Assembly (NCBI GenBank): GCA_963704055.1
Contig: CAVPGW010000031.1
Span: forward strand, 48,298-112,297
Length of the DNA: 64,000 nucleotides
Direction of reading: 5' to 3'
Origin: Pirellulaceae bacterium
Lineage (GTDB): Bacteria > Planctomycetota > Planctomycetia > Pirellulales > Pirellulaceae
The notes beneath the pieces are model-generated. The model worked only from the letters and a program-made list of their open reading frames with translations, made no database searches and was not told the DNA's origin. Made by a program: the position numbers and the translations under genes. Shown piece by piece: positions 20,077 through 30,200 of this stretch (position 1 is its first letter; each line of letters starts with the position of its first letter).

Positions 20077-21093
20077 ATGAAGGCGATGATTCTGGAGCGA
20101 ACCGTCTCGCTGGACGAGGATCCAGCGCCTTTGCGTCTGGTCGATCTGCCGACGCCGCAGCCGGCGTCGAACGAGGTGCTTGTTCGTGTCAGTGCTTGCG
20201 GTGTCTGTCACACCGAGTTGGACGAAATCGAAGGGCGATTGACCCCGCCACGTCTGCCGGTCGTACTTGGCCACGAAGTCGTTGGGCATGTGGCTGAGTG
20301 TGGGATCGACGTAACATCGCGAGCGGTCGGTGATCGGGTGGGGATCGGCTGGATTCATCACTCCAGCGGAGAGCCGGATGAAAACCTATCGCCCGAGTTT
20401 GCTGGAACTGGATGTGACGTCAACGGCGGGTATGCTCAATACATGACGGTGCCGGCCGACTATGCCGCCCTGATCCCTGACGCACTCGAAGATACCGAAG
20501 CGGCACCGCTGCTGTGCGCCGGCGCGATTGGGTATCGAGCTTTGCGTCTTGCGGCGATGACCGACGGTGAGCCACTTGGGCTGATGGGTTTTGGCGGTTC
20601 GGCGCACCTTGTGCTTCAGGTCGCCAAGCACCTCTATCCACGATCGCCAATTTACATTTTCGCTCGCGAACAGTCGGTACAGCAGTTCGCCCTTCAACTC
20701 GGCGCGGATTGGGCCGGCAACGTGGACCAGCAGCCGCCCAGACCGCTCGCATCGATCATCGACACAACACCGGCTTGGCGGCCGGTCGTGGAATCGATGA
20801 AGAAGCTGAAACCGGGCGGGCGTTTGGTCATCAACGCGATTCGCAAGGAAGATAGCGACAAAGCAGAATTGCTGCAGCTAAGTTATCACGAGCATTTATG
20901 GATGGAACGTGAAATCAAATCGGTCGCCAATTTAACGCGAAGGGACATTGCCGAGTTTCTTCCGTTGGCCGCACGGATTCCGCTGCGGCCTGAAGTAACG
21001 GTTTATCCTCTCGAGCAAGCCAACGAGGCACTGCTCAATCTACGACAAGGCGGAATCAAGGGCGCCAACGTACTGCAGGTCGAGCATCCGTAG
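20077..21093 (+). CDS. Zinc-dependent alcohol dehydrogenase family (MDR)
   Basis: CGVCHTELD, GHEVVG, APLLCAGAIGYRAL and GFGGSAH; AGGAG RBS. Confidence 0.92.
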   Translation: MKAMILERTVSLDEDPAPLRLVDLPTPQPASNEVLVRVSACGVCHTELDEIEGRLTPPRLPVVLGHEVVGHVAECGIDVTSRAVGDRVGIGWIHHSSGEPDENLSPEFAGTGCDVNGGYAQYMTVPADYAALIPDALEDTEAAPLLCAGAIGYRALRLAAMTDGEPLGLMGFGGSAHLVLQVAKHLYPRSPIYIFAREQSVQQFALQLGADWAGNVDQQPPRPLASIIDTTPAWRPVVESMKKLKPGGRLVINAIRKEDSDKAELLQLSYHEHLWMEREIKSVANLTRRDIAEFLPLAARIPLRPEVTVYPLEQANEALLNLRQGGIKGANVLQVEHP

Positions 21094-21148
21094 CGCGGGT
21101 GCTGGACGTCGATCGATGTGTCTTTGCTCGTTCATCACAAAGAAGGCG

Positions 21149-21401
21149 AACCGCGGAGCGGTGGCAGCATGTAGCCTGGGGTGAGCCAACGAGCGACAGC
21201 GAGGCTGGTGTAACCCCAGGTAAACGAAGCAATAAACATTGTCCCCCCGCGGCGATTTGGCGGCTACGCCGCCAAATCGCCGCGGGGGGACAGCGTATGG
21301 CGGGCGTGTTACGCGCAACCCTGGGGCTGTCCGCCGCGGCTGGTGCTCGCCGAGACGAGCGAACCTGACCCCAGGCTACATGCTGTCACTGCTCCGCAGT
21401 T
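21149..21401. repeat. Family D composite palindromic repeat
   Basis: Outer AACCGCGGAGCGG...GCTCCGCAGTT, inner GTAGCCTGGGG...CCCCAGGCTAC and a central CCCCCCGCGGCGATTTGGCGG hairpin; inverted copy at 33956-34191. Confidence 0.8.
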
Positions 21402-21457
21402 GGCGGATCTTGATAAGCAAACCAGGCGTGAATGCAAATTGGCAGGTTGCGTCATGA

Positions 21458-21643
21458 TCATTCGATTGTCGTCGGCCGTTGATGGCCACTTTCATCCTCC
21501 ATCGGTTTTTCGTCGATCAGCACGCGGACGGCGGGTGTTTCCAGATCGTCGAATTGGCCGCCTCGAATCGACTGCACGCAAGCCCACATCGCGGCGGCGC
21601 CCATCGCGATTGCAATCGGCAAAGCAACGTATAAGACGCTCAT
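21458..21643 (-). CDS. ccoS: cbb3-type oxidase assembly protein CcoS
   Basis: MSVLYVALPIA...GQFDDLETPAVRVL. Confidence 0.92.
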   Translation of the reverse strand: MSVLYVALPIAIAMGAAAMWACVQSIRGGQFDDLETPAVRVLIDEKPMEDESGHQRPTTIE

Positions 21644-24114
21644 CTGGTCGACTCCTTGAACGTGCGATTCGCCAGTGTCATGCCGATCACCGAGATCGAA
21701 CTGATCGGCATCAGCACAGCGGCAATCAACGGCGTGATCGCTCCAGTCATGGCCAACACCACGGCGAATACATTGTAGCCGATCGATACGGCAAAGTTGC
21801 GGCGGATGCTGCGCCGCGTTGAACTCGCTGCCTGAACAAGCGAAATCACTTGGCTTAGCTTTCCGTCACCGATCATCACCGGTGCTGCTGTCAAACTCGC
21901 CGAGGCTCCGCCACGAATCGCTACGCCGACATCTGCGGCGGCAAGCGCCGCGGCATCGTTGATTCCGTCACCCACCATGACAACGGGGCCGCGCGCTGCC
22001 GAATGGATAGCCGTCAGCTTTTCGTCCGGCAACAAGCCACCTTGGCACTGCGAATGTTTCAACCCAAGGTGTCGGCCGATGGCAGCAACCGTTCTTGCAT
22101 CGTCACCCGAGAGGATGCCAACCTGCCAACCATGCCTCACGAAGTAACTGACCACATCTGCGGCATCCTTGCGAAGCGGATCCGAAACGCCGCATACCGC
22201 CACGATCTCGTTTTCTCGGGCGATCCAAACGGGACTGGCCCCGGATTGTGTGATCTGATCGGCGTCGTTCAACCGCGAGGAAGCTATCTCATCAACGAAG
22301 CCGGAGACGAACGCCAAATTACCAATTGCATACTTGGCTTCTTTCGCATTCCCGGTCACACCCAGTCCGGCAAGCTGCCGGACCTCCGTTGCGGTTACCG
22401 ATCCGCTTGACTCCGCATGGGCGACCAACGCATGGGCGATGGGGTGTCGAACGCCCGCTTCGATGGCTGCCACAGCAGGCAACACAGCCCTGTCACCAAA
22501 CCAATGCGTCACGCTCATGCTACCTTCGGTGAGCGTGCCGGTCTTATCGAAAAAGATCGTTCCGGGACGGGAAAGCCGTTCCAGACAGTCGCCAACACGA
22601 ATCAAGACTCGACGTGTTGCCAGGCGTCCAATGGCAACCGCGATTGCCAGCGGCGTCGCCAAGGCAAGCGCGCAGGGGCAGGCCACGATCAACAGGGCGA
22701 CTGAATTACCAACAACTTGCTGTGGATCGATCCAATACCAAACCACCGCGGTCGCCGCCGCCAGCAACAGCACGATCGACACGAACCAGCCACCGATTCG
22801 ATTGGCCAATTGAACGATCGGAGTCCGCGTTGCGGCGGCGTCAGCGACCGCATCTCGAAGTGACGCCAGCCGCGTGTCGTCGCCGACAGCGGTCGCTTCG
22901 ATCGTCAGTGTCGACTGCAAATTGTCGGTGCCGGCTTCAACCCGCGAACCGGGCCGAACTGAAACAGGCCGACTTTCACCAGTCAACAGCGACCGATCGA
23001 TCAACGACTCTCCCGTGACCACCCTGCCATCGACAGGAATGCTGGCACTCGGTTCGGCAGCCACGACGTCGCCAACCCGCAAGGCTTCGATCGCGACCCG
23101 CTTGGTTGTTCCATCCGCTTCCACACGGGTGGCGGCGCGCGGCGACATCCGGATCAATCCCGCGACGGCGTCTCCGGCACGCCGCTGCTGACGCATCTGA
23201 ATCCAGCGACCGGTGAGCAAGAAAAACACCAGGCAGGCGATGGAATCGAAGTAGATGTCGCGGGTCGTGTCAAACAATCCGTACAGGCTTGCCAACAATC
23301 CGGCGGCCAACCCCACCGCGACCGGCAAATCCATGTGCGGCGTGCGAGTCGAAATCGAAGCCAGTGCGCTACGAAAAAAAACGCGACCGGGGAAGACGAC
23401 GGCGATGGCACCGAGCAACACGCCGGCGATGCGAAACAGTTGTGCGTAGCCAGAAGCCATCCCGGAGTATTGGCCTGCGTACAGCGCGATCGCCACCCAC
23501 ATCGCGTTGGCCGCACAAAATCCCGCCACCGCGATATCGACCAGCATCGTTCTGCTCTCGTCCGCTTCACGTTCATCGGTCGGTTCATCGCTCAGCGGCG
23601 CGACCTGGTAACCAAGGCGATCAACAAAACGGGCGATCTCAGACAGCTTGATCAGCGTGGGATCGAAGACGACATCGATTGTCCGAGTGTGATAGTTGAT
23701 CGTGCTCGACTGCCAACCCGCGATCCGCTCGGGAGCCCGTTCCAGCAGCCAAACGCAGGCCGCACAGTGCAATCCAGAGATAGACAGCTTCGACTTGAGT
23801 TGGGGATGGCCGTTTGCAGGTCCGACAGGAAATGGAGCGGATCTTCCCAGCAGCGCGGGATCGTCCAAGTCGTCGAAGGTTTGCGATGATTCTCCAACGG
23901 GTCCATCTTCGGGCCCATGGTCGCGGAGATCGTAGAACGCCTCTAAGCCCCATCCATGAATCAAATCATAGGCACCCCGGCAACCCGCGCAGCAGAAAAC
24001 GGGACCTGTGGTTGCCGGATCAAACTGTTTCATTGAAATCGCGGTCGGCAGACCGCAATGCACGCAAGCGACTGTGCGACGCGCGTCAGCATCGCGCAGA
24101 GTCGAAGCAGACAT
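21640..24114 (-). CDS. ccoI: Heavy-metal (Cu) P1B-type ATPase CcoI/FixI
   Basis: CVHCG...FCCAGC, HCAACVW, TGES, CPC, DKTGTLT and GDGINDA. The true start is at 24114; the ORF-track extension overlaps the upstream gene. Confidence 0.93.
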   Translation of the reverse strand: MSASTLRDADARRTVACVHCGLPTAISMKQFDPATTGPVFCCAGCRGAYDLIHGWGLEAFYDLRDHGPEDGPVGESSQTFDDLDDPALLGRSAPFPVGPANGHPQLKSKLSISGLHCAACVWLLERAPERIAGWQSSTINYHTRTIDVVFDPTLIKLSEIARFVDRLGYQVAPLSDEPTDEREADESRTMLVDIAVAGFCAANAMWVAIALYAGQYSGMASGYAQLFRIAGVLLGAIAVVFPGRVFFRSALASISTRTPHMDLPVAVGLAAGLLASLYGLFDTTRDIYFDSIACLVFFLLTGRWIQMRQQRRAGDAVAGLIRMSPRAATRVEADGTTKRVAIEALRVGDVVAAEPSASIPVDGRVVTGESLIDRSLLTGESRPVSVRPGSRVEAGTDNLQSTLTIEATAVGDDTRLASLRDAVADAAATRTPIVQLANRIGGWFVSIVLLLAAATAVVWYWIDPQQVVGNSVALLIVACPCALALATPLAIAVAIGRLATRRVLIRVGDCLERLSRPGTIFFDKTGTLTEGSMSVTHWFGDRAVLPAVAAIEAGVRHPIAHALVAHAESSGSVTATEVRQLAGLGVTGNAKEAKYAIGNLAFVSGFVDEIASSRLNDADQITQSGASPVWIARENEIVAVCGVSDPLRKDAADVVSYFVRHGWQVGILSGDDARTVAAIGRHLGLKHSQCQGGLLPDEKLTAIHSAARGPVVMVGDGINDAAALAAADVGVAIRGGASASLTAAPVMIGDGKLSQVISLVQAASSTRRSIRRNFAVSIGYNVFAVVLAMTGAITPLIAAVLMPISSISVIGMTLANRTFKESTR

Positions 24115-24884
24115 CACTCCGAATCCTGCTGGCAACAAGGCAGAGGTTCGTCTGGCAATGAGATCAGCGCAGCCGGGCCCTGTAGGTTCGCTGTGTTTGG
24201 CGGAACAATCGAAGTCAAGTCGGCCGAAGCGCGCCCGGTTGCGGTGTAGAGTCCTGTCGCGATCAGCAGTAGGCTGGCGGCGATCGGCATCACGGTTGTG
24301 CTTCGTTTCATCAACGAGCCTGCCCCAAGCACCAGTCCGGTAAGCGCGGGCAACGTACCGATCCAGAAAGCGAGCATGACCGCGAGCGCAGAAAGCACGC
24401 CGCCGGTCCCGGCAGCGATCAGCACAAACAGGTAAAGCCAGCCGCATGGTAACCAAGTCGTGAACAATCCCGCCAGATAGGATCGGCCCAGCGGTCCGCG
24501 CGACGCGAGCAGCGGTTTGGCATGATGTAGCCAACCGGCAATGCGTGATGGTTTGGGCAGTCCGACCACTCGACGTTGCAAAATGGGCAACATTCGGGCG
24601 ATCCGAACGATGCCGATCAGAATCAGGAAGCCGCCCGCGATCATGGCTGCCAACGACTGCAGGCCGGCGACGTCTCCGCCGATCGTCAACGCCGAACCGA
24701 GCAGCCCAGCCATCAATCCGGCCGACAGATAAGTCGTCAACCGCCCCAGATGATACGAGACCAGCGTGACAGGTTTGGTTCCCTCGCTGGTGGCCCAGAT
24801 CGCCAGCGGTCCGCACATGCCAACGCAGTGCAAGCTACCTAACAGACTGGCAACGGCAACGGCCATGCCGAGGGCGAACATCAC
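24114..24884 (-). CDS. Sulfite exporter TauE/SafE / DsbD_2 family membrane protein
   Basis: GSLHCVGMCGPL, YHLGRLTTY, WLPCGWLY and FWIGTLPAL. Confidence 0.88.
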   Translation of the reverse strand: MMFALGMAVAVASLLGSLHCVGMCGPLAIWATSEGTKPVTLVSYHLGRLTTYLSAGLMAGLLGSALTIGGDVAGLQSLAAMIAGGFLILIGIVRIARMLPILQRRVVGLPKPSRIAGWLHHAKPLLASRGPLGRSYLAGLFTTWLPCGWLYLFVLIAAGTGGVLSALAVMLAFWIGTLPALTGLVLGAGSLMKRSTTVMPIAASLLLIATGLYTATGRASADLTSIVPPNTANLQGPAALISLPDEPLPCCQQDSE

Positions 24885-25408
24885 GAGCCTCCAGTTGTCG
24901 AATTCCCGACGATATCCATCGGTCGCGATTCCACAAATCGGTTTCCGTCTTGGTCGATGACGTCGAGTTCAACTTGCCAGAGACCAAGATGCGGGAAGCA
25001 ACTGGCAACCTCGATGATTCCGTCATCGGCTTTCGCAACAGTTGCATTGATCACCTCCGCAGCACGAGCATGTCGGTACAAGCGAATCGTCCCCGAATCG
25101 ATCCGAATCGGGGCATCGGCAGCGTCTTTCAAGTTGATCTGCAAGCCGCTTCCCAGCTGGCCGTAGTCCGTTTCCACAAAATCGACCTGCCATCCGAGTG
25201 ACCTGGACGCTTCACCCTGCGCCATCTGCTCGTCCCAGGCGATCGCTTTGTCGTAATAGTCCGGTATGACTGCTACCGATTGGTCGCCGGTGGCGAGCAC
25301 AAAGGCTGCAGCCCCCAACACGACCTGCAGGCTGAGCATGCCGACCACGAGCGAACCCCAACGCCACGCTGCGCGGCGGTTGGCTACGGATGGATCCGTC
25401 GTTTTCAT
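24881..25408 (-). CDS. ccoH: FixH/CcoH family protein
   Basis: N-terminal TM helix, PDYYDKAIAWD and GLWQVEL; position between ccoG and ccoI. Confidence 0.8.
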   Translation of the reverse strand: MKTTDPSVANRRAAWRWGSLVVGMLSLQVVLGAAAFVLATGDQSVAVIPDYYDKAIAWDEQMAQGEASRSLGWQVDFVETDYGQLGSGLQINLKDAADAPIRIDSGTIRLYRHARAAEVINATVAKADDGIIEVASCFPHLGLWQVELDVIDQDGNRFVESRPMDIVGNSTTGGS

Positions 25409-26829
25409 CGTCGTGGTCCCAGCAGTTTCATGGTGACAGTCCGCTCGTTTCCAATGTCGTCGGTGATCTTGATTTCGCCTTCGCAATGGCCAAGCGTGTT
25501 GAATCGAGCAGCAGGCACTTGAATCGTGACAGGAATCAATTGCGTACCGCTGGGATCGAGATCAACCGAATCCTCCCCGGAGGCTCGGATCACAGCTCCC
25601 TCCGGCTGCACGATGTTGAATTGGTATTGCCGAGGGTCATCGGTGCGATTGGTCAATCTCAAGCGAAAATTGTTGACGATCGAAGCGTCCGCAGCCCGGT
25701 TGAACGGATTGCCGGTTGCTCGCATCAAACGAGCATCAAAGGCGTACTTGGTTGACAGCACCGCTAGAAAGCCGATCCCCAACGCCGTCAGCAGCAGCGG
25801 GTAGAGGAAAGTGCGGACGCGAAGCAGCTTTGGCGGTTTCCCCGCCAAGGCGTCTTGAGAGCTGTACCGGATCAAGCCTCTTGGTCGTCCAACGCGATCC
25901 ATCACGTTGTCGCAGGCGTCGATACACTGCGTGCAGTTAATGCACTCCATCTGCAATCCATCGCGAATGTCGATCCCCGTTGGGCAAACCACGACACACT
26001 GATTGCAGTCAACACAATCGCCCGCGTCATCACCGGCGGCATGTCGCCCCTTCTTGCGAGGCTCACCGCGGTTTCCGTCGTAGGCGACGATCAAACTCTG
26101 GCGGTCCAACATCACCGACTGAAAGCGACCGTAGGGACAAGCGATCAGGCACAGCTGTTCACGGAAGAACAAGAAATCGAACATCATCGCCACTGTCGTC
26201 CCACCCATCACCAGGAACGCCGTCGGATGCTCGATCGGCGAGCTGCGAATCCACTGTGCGAGCCGATCGGTTCCCACAAAATAGGCCAAGAAAGTATGCG
26301 CAAGCGCCATGCAAAGGGCGAGGTACACCAAGAATCTGGCGACCGCCAAACCACCGGTCACCTTCCGTTTCGGATTGCCACCCTTGCCAACGGTGTTCTC
26401 AAAGAAACGGTCGATCGGCCGAAACAGGAACTCCATGTACACGGTCTGCGGACATCCCCAGCCGCACCACACGCGACCGGTCAATGCCGTTGCCAGCACG
26501 ATCGTGACGAAGACGCTGACCATGGCCAGGGCCAGCAACAGGGTGTCGGTCGGCAGGAACGTGTGACCCAAGAGCACGAACTTGCGGGCCACGATGTCCA
26601 ACAGCACCAGCGGCTTGCCGTTGATCCGCAAATGAGGCAAGACGACAAAGAAAATGATCAGGGCGTACGCAACCGTGCGACGCCGTTTCCACCATCGACC
26701 TGTCGACAACCGTGGCCGAAGCCAGCGGCGTGACCCGTCACTTTCTAACGTGCTAAGGACGTGTTCAGGCGGGTCCAGCAACGGCAGATCAGAAGGTTGC
26801 CGGTCGGATGTTTGATTGGGGGCGTTCAT
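25405..26829 (-). CDS. ccoG: Cytochrome c oxidase accessory protein CcoG/FixG
   Basis: GRVWCGWGCPQT, CPYGRFQS, CVDCNQCVVVCPTGIDIR and CINCTQCIDAC. Confidence 0.95.
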   Translation of the reverse strand: MNAPNQTSDRQPSDLPLLDPPEHVLSTLESDGSRRWLRPRLSTGRWWKRRRTVAYALIIFFVVLPHLRINGKPLVLLDIVARKFVLLGHTFLPTDTLLLALAMVSVFVTIVLATALTGRVWCGWGCPQTVYMEFLFRPIDRFFENTVGKGGNPKRKVTGGLAVARFLVYLALCMALAHTFLAYFVGTDRLAQWIRSSPIEHPTAFLVMGGTTVAMMFDFLFFREQLCLIACPYGRFQSVMLDRQSLIVAYDGNRGEPRKKGRHAAGDDAGDCVDCNQCVVVCPTGIDIRDGLQMECINCTQCIDACDNVMDRVGRPRGLIRYSSQDALAGKPPKLLRVRTFLYPLLLTALGIGFLAVLSTKYAFDARLMRATGNPFNRAADASIVNNFRLRLTNRTDDPRQYQFNIVQPEGAVIRASGEDSVDLDPSGTQLIPVTIQVPAARFNTLGHCEGEIKITDDIGNERTVTMKLLGPRR

Positions 26830-26858
26830 GGACGTGGTTTTTCTGTTGTCGCCGCTGC

Positions 26859-27539
26859 TTAGGCACCGGCAGTTTCTCCGCCTCCGCCACTATCGTCGGA
26901 TTTGGTTTCGCCTTGCTCAACTTCTGTCGGCGCCTCTGGCCATGCGTCGATGATCTTGCCCTCAGGCGCCTTGGCGGTCGCCGGTTCGGATCCACGCAGG
27001 CTTGCGACATAACTTGCGGTGAGGATCAGTTCGTTTGCCGTCAGTCGGTTCTTCCAGGCAGGCATCGCACCCGCGTTGGCACCGTTTTGCAGCACCGTCA
27101 AGATGTCGCCGATGTCTTTGACGTTCTTGTAGTTGTCGTCGCACAGGTTAGGTCCGATCAGACCCCCGCCGTCGCGGCCGTGGCAAGAGACACAATTGGC
27201 TTTGAACACGGTTTTACCGACTTGCAGCCAACTCGGCTTATAAAGGAACTCGACCACCGTCTCGCGATTGGGTTGCAGTTCTCCGATCTCGGCAAACTGC
27301 AGCCGCAAGTTAGTTGCCAGCGCTCGGTCATAACGGTCGTCGATCGTTCGACCCTGAGCACCGCTGTGGTAGAACACAAAGTACGGGGGTGCAAAGAAGA
27401 TCGATCCGACAAACAGCCACTTCCACCAACCCGGCAGCGGATTGTCGAACTCTTGAATGCCGTCGTAAGAATGTCCCGTCAGCGGATCGTCAGGTACCAT
27501 GCCAGTGTCTTGGCTGTCGGCGCTACTGGTACTACTCAT
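26859..27539 (-). CDS. ccoP: cbb3 oxidase subunit III, monoheme CcoP-like
   Basis: HSYDGIQEFDNPLPGWW; single CVSCH; GPNLCD; MPAW. Confidence 0.85.
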   Translation of the reverse strand: MSSTSSADSQDTGMVPDDPLTGHSYDGIQEFDNPLPGWWKWLFVGSIFFAPPYFVFYHSGAQGRTIDDRYDRALATNLRLQFAEIGELQPNRETVVEFLYKPSWLQVGKTVFKANCVSCHGRDGGGLIGPNLCDDNYKNVKDIGDILTVLQNGANAGAMPAWKNRLTANELILTASYVASLRGSEPATAKAPEGKIIDAWPEAPTEVEQGETKSDDSGGGGETAGA

Positions 27540-27711
27540 GGCGTGGGTCCTCCACTTGGTCGGATAACGGGATGGACGCAAAGCGGTCGGTGGCGCCTCG
27601 TGATAGCCTTAGCGTCGCGAAAAGCATCAAAGCAAACGCAAAGCAAAACAGGGCAAGTGCCACTTCGGCACAGTCGCTGTAGTCAATCGCACGAATGACG
27701 TCTGTCAGCAT
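27532..27711 (-). CDS. CcoQ-like small subunit (59 aa), absent from the ORF track
   Basis: MLTDVIRAIDYSDCAEVALALFCFAFALMLFATLRLSRGATDRFASIPLSDQVEDPRHE*; one TM helix and an ASIPL tail; lies between ccoNO and ccoP. Confidence 0.72.
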   Translation of the reverse strand: MLTDVIRAIDYSDCAEVALALFCFAFALMLFATLRLSRGATDRFASIPLSDQVEDPRHE

Positions 27712-27737
27712 GTTGGTTCTTTTAGGTTGGTACGGCG

Positions 27738-30200
27738 TTAGTCTTTTATCGGTTCTTTCTCGGCAGCTTCGCTTGGTTGCTGCTCGTCGGGCTCACTGGC
27801 TGGCTTGGCCTCCGCGGGTGCCTCGGTCGTGACCTCAGCTGGTTCGTCCGTCACCGATTCAACCGCTGCTTCGGTGGCGGAAGCAACTACCGCAGGCTCT
27901 TCCGTTTTCGCAGCGGGTGGCGGGGCGAAAATGTCGGTGCCGATCCGCTGCAGGTACGCGATCAGCGCGACGGCCTGCGAATCCAAGGTCAGAATACCCG
28001 CAGTGGTTACCGGACCGCCTTGGGAAACGATGTCGGCGGCAATCCGTTCGGCTTGCTCGCGAGCCATCTGCGGCGCCTCCGTCAACTCGCGGTCATACGG
28101 TGCGCCCAGCATGTGGGCGGCCCAAACACGATCGGTGGTCTTGTTAAAGTCGATCGTCGTCTCGAGCAAATGGGCGTAAGAGGGCATCACCGAGGCTTCG
28201 TTCACCGCTTGCGGATTCTCCAAGTGCAACCAATGCCAGACGCTGCTTTGTTTGCCCCCCTCGCGGGCCAAGTCGGGGCCGATCCGGCGACTACCCCATT
28301 GGAACGGACGGTCATAGATGAATTCCCCCGCCTTGCTGTACTCGCCATACCGCTTCGTTTCGGCGACCATCGGCCGAATCATTTGTGAGTGGCAGTTGTA
28401 GCAACCCTCGGAGACATAAATGTCACGTCCCGCCAGCTCCAGAGGCGTGTACGGTGTGACGGTGGCAATGGTCGGTACGTTGCTGCGGATCAGGAACGTC
28501 GGAATGACCTCGAACAAGCTCGCGATCACGACGGCAAGTGTTGTCAATACGGTAAATCGAATTGGCAGTCGCTCCCAACGCCGGTGCCAACCCATCCTGG
28601 CCCAAACGTCCAACTTCTTGGCTGCATCGAGTACTGGAGCATCGCTTAGATCACTCTTCGGCTGCGGCTTTTCAGGAATCGCTTTTGTCGATAGCCGCGG
28701 CGCCTGATAGGTCGGCACCTCATAGGTGGCTGGGCGAGTCTTCCAGGTCATCACGTGGTTGACCGCCATCAACACAACGCCGGCCACATACAGGGCACCT
28801 CCGATCACTCGCAGCCACCACATGGGAACGATGGACGAGATCGTTTCGACAAAATCGGGATAGACCAGTTGGCCAGTATCGTCCATGGCTCGCCACATCA
28901 GGCCCTGTGTCAATCCGGCAACGTAGATCGGAACGATGTACATCAGGATACCGATCGTCCCGATCCAGAAGTGCAGCGATGCCGCTTTCACACTCCACAG
29001 CTTCGTTTGGAATAGCCTCGGCATCAGCCAATACAACATTCCAAACGTCATCATGCCGTTCCAACCCAGCGCGCCCGAATGAACATGCGCGATCGTCCAA
29101 TCGGTGTAATGACTCAAGCCGTTGACGCTCTTGACGCTCAGCAGCGGGCCTTCGAAGGTCGACATGCCATAGAAAGTCACGCCGACGACAAAGAATTTCA
29201 GAACGGGATCGGTCGCGACCTTTTGCCAGGCACCACGCAACGTCAACAGCCCGTTGATCATGCCGCCCCAAGAAGGCATCCACAACATCACGCTGAACAA
29301 CATGCCCACCGTCGAAGCCCACTCGGGCAAAGCGGTGTAGTGCAAGTGATGCGGGCCAGCCCAAATGTAGATGAAGACCAGCGACCAGAAGTGAATGATC
29401 GACAGCTTGTAGCTAAAAACCGGTCGATTCGCCGCCTTGGGCAGGAAGTAGTACATCAAGCCCAAGAACGGCGTGGTCAGGAAGAACGCCACCGCGTTGT
29501 GCCCGTACCACCACTGCATGAACGCGTCTTGGACACCGGCGTAGATCGTGTAACTCTTGCCCAAACCAATGGGAATCACAAGGTTGTTGAAGACGTGCAA
29601 GATCGTCACGGTGACAATCGTCGCGATGTAGAACCACAACGCGACGTACATGTGCCGCTCGCGCCGATGGATCAGCGTCATGAAAAAATTGACGCCAAAG
29701 AAACCGAGCCAAACCACGGCGATGGCCAAGTCGATCGGCCACTCCAGTTCCGCGTACTCTTTGCTCTGCGTGATTCCCAGTGGCAAGGTCACCGCAGCGG
29801 CCACGATGATCGCTTGCCAACCCCAGAAATGAAGCCGGCTCAAAACGTCACTCCACATCCGTGCTTTGCACAGCCGTTGAGTGCTGTAATAGATCGCGGC
29901 AAAGATCGCGTTGCCGGCAAAAGCAAAGATCGCGGCGTTGGTGTGCAGAGGGCGGAGACGACCAAAACTGAGCCACTGCAGACCGCCAAACATTGTGGGC
30001 AACACTAGCAGCAGGGCTACAATCAGTCCCGCCAGAGTCGCGACCAACGCCCAAACCAGCGTTGCTGTGGCAAACTTTCGAGAGATGTCGTCGTCGTACG
30101 TGTACAACTCCATGACTCCATCGGCTTCGGAGGATTGTACCTGTGCCGAAGGCCCTTCAGATTCCGATTCGTAATCCGATATCGTCGCGTCAGTTGCCAC
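27738..30200 (-). CDS. ccoN: Fused cbb3 oxidase subunits I and II (CcoN-CcoO)
   Basis: FGRLRPLHTN, WWYGHNAV, WAGPHHLHY and AHVHSG, followed by EGCYNCHSQMIRP and WGSRRIGPDLAR. Confidence 0.96.
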   Translation of the reverse strand: MATDATISDYESESEGPSAQVQSSEADGVMELYTYDDDISRKFATATLVWALVATLAGLIVALLLVLPTMFGGLQWLSFGRLRPLHTNAAIFAFAGNAIFAAIYYSTQRLCKARMWSDVLSRLHFWGWQAIIVAAAVTLPLGITQSKEYAELEWPIDLAIAVVWLGFFGVNFFMTLIHRRERHMYVALWFYIATIVTVTILHVFNNLVIPIGLGKSYTIYAGVQDAFMQWWYGHNAVAFFLTTPFLGLMYYFLPKAANRPVFSYKLSIIHFWSLVFIYIWAGPHHLHYTALPEWASTVGMLFSVMLWMPSWGGMINGLLTLRGAWQKVATDPVLKFFVVGVTFYGMSTFEGPLLSVKSVNGLSHYTDWTIAHVHSGALGWNGMMTFGMLYWLMPRLFQTKLWSVKAASLHFWIGTIGILMYIVPIYVAGLTQGLMWRAMDDTGQLVYPDFVETISSIVPMWWLRVIGGALYVAGVVLMAVNHVMTWKTRPATYEVPTYQAPRLSTKAIPEKPQPKSDLSDAPVLDAAKKLDVWARMGWHRRWERLPIRFTVLTTLAVVIASLFEVIPTFLIRSNVPTIATVTPYTPLELAGRDIYVSEGCYNCHSQMIRPMVAETKRYGEYSKAGEFIYDRPFQWGSRRIGPDLAREGGKQSSVWHWLHLENPQAVNEASVMPSYAHLLETTIDFNKTTDRVWAAHMLGAPYDRELTEAPQMAREQAERIAADIVSQGGPVTTAGILTLDSQAVALIAYLQRIGTDIFAPPPAAKTEEPAVVASATEAAVESVTDEPAEVTTEAPAEAKPASEPDEQQPSEAAEKEPIKD

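Noticed and set aside
21640-24816. A 1058-aa ATPase with a long N-terminal extension
   Set aside because: The extension overlaps the TauE/DsbD_2 gene in another frame; the real start is at 24114.
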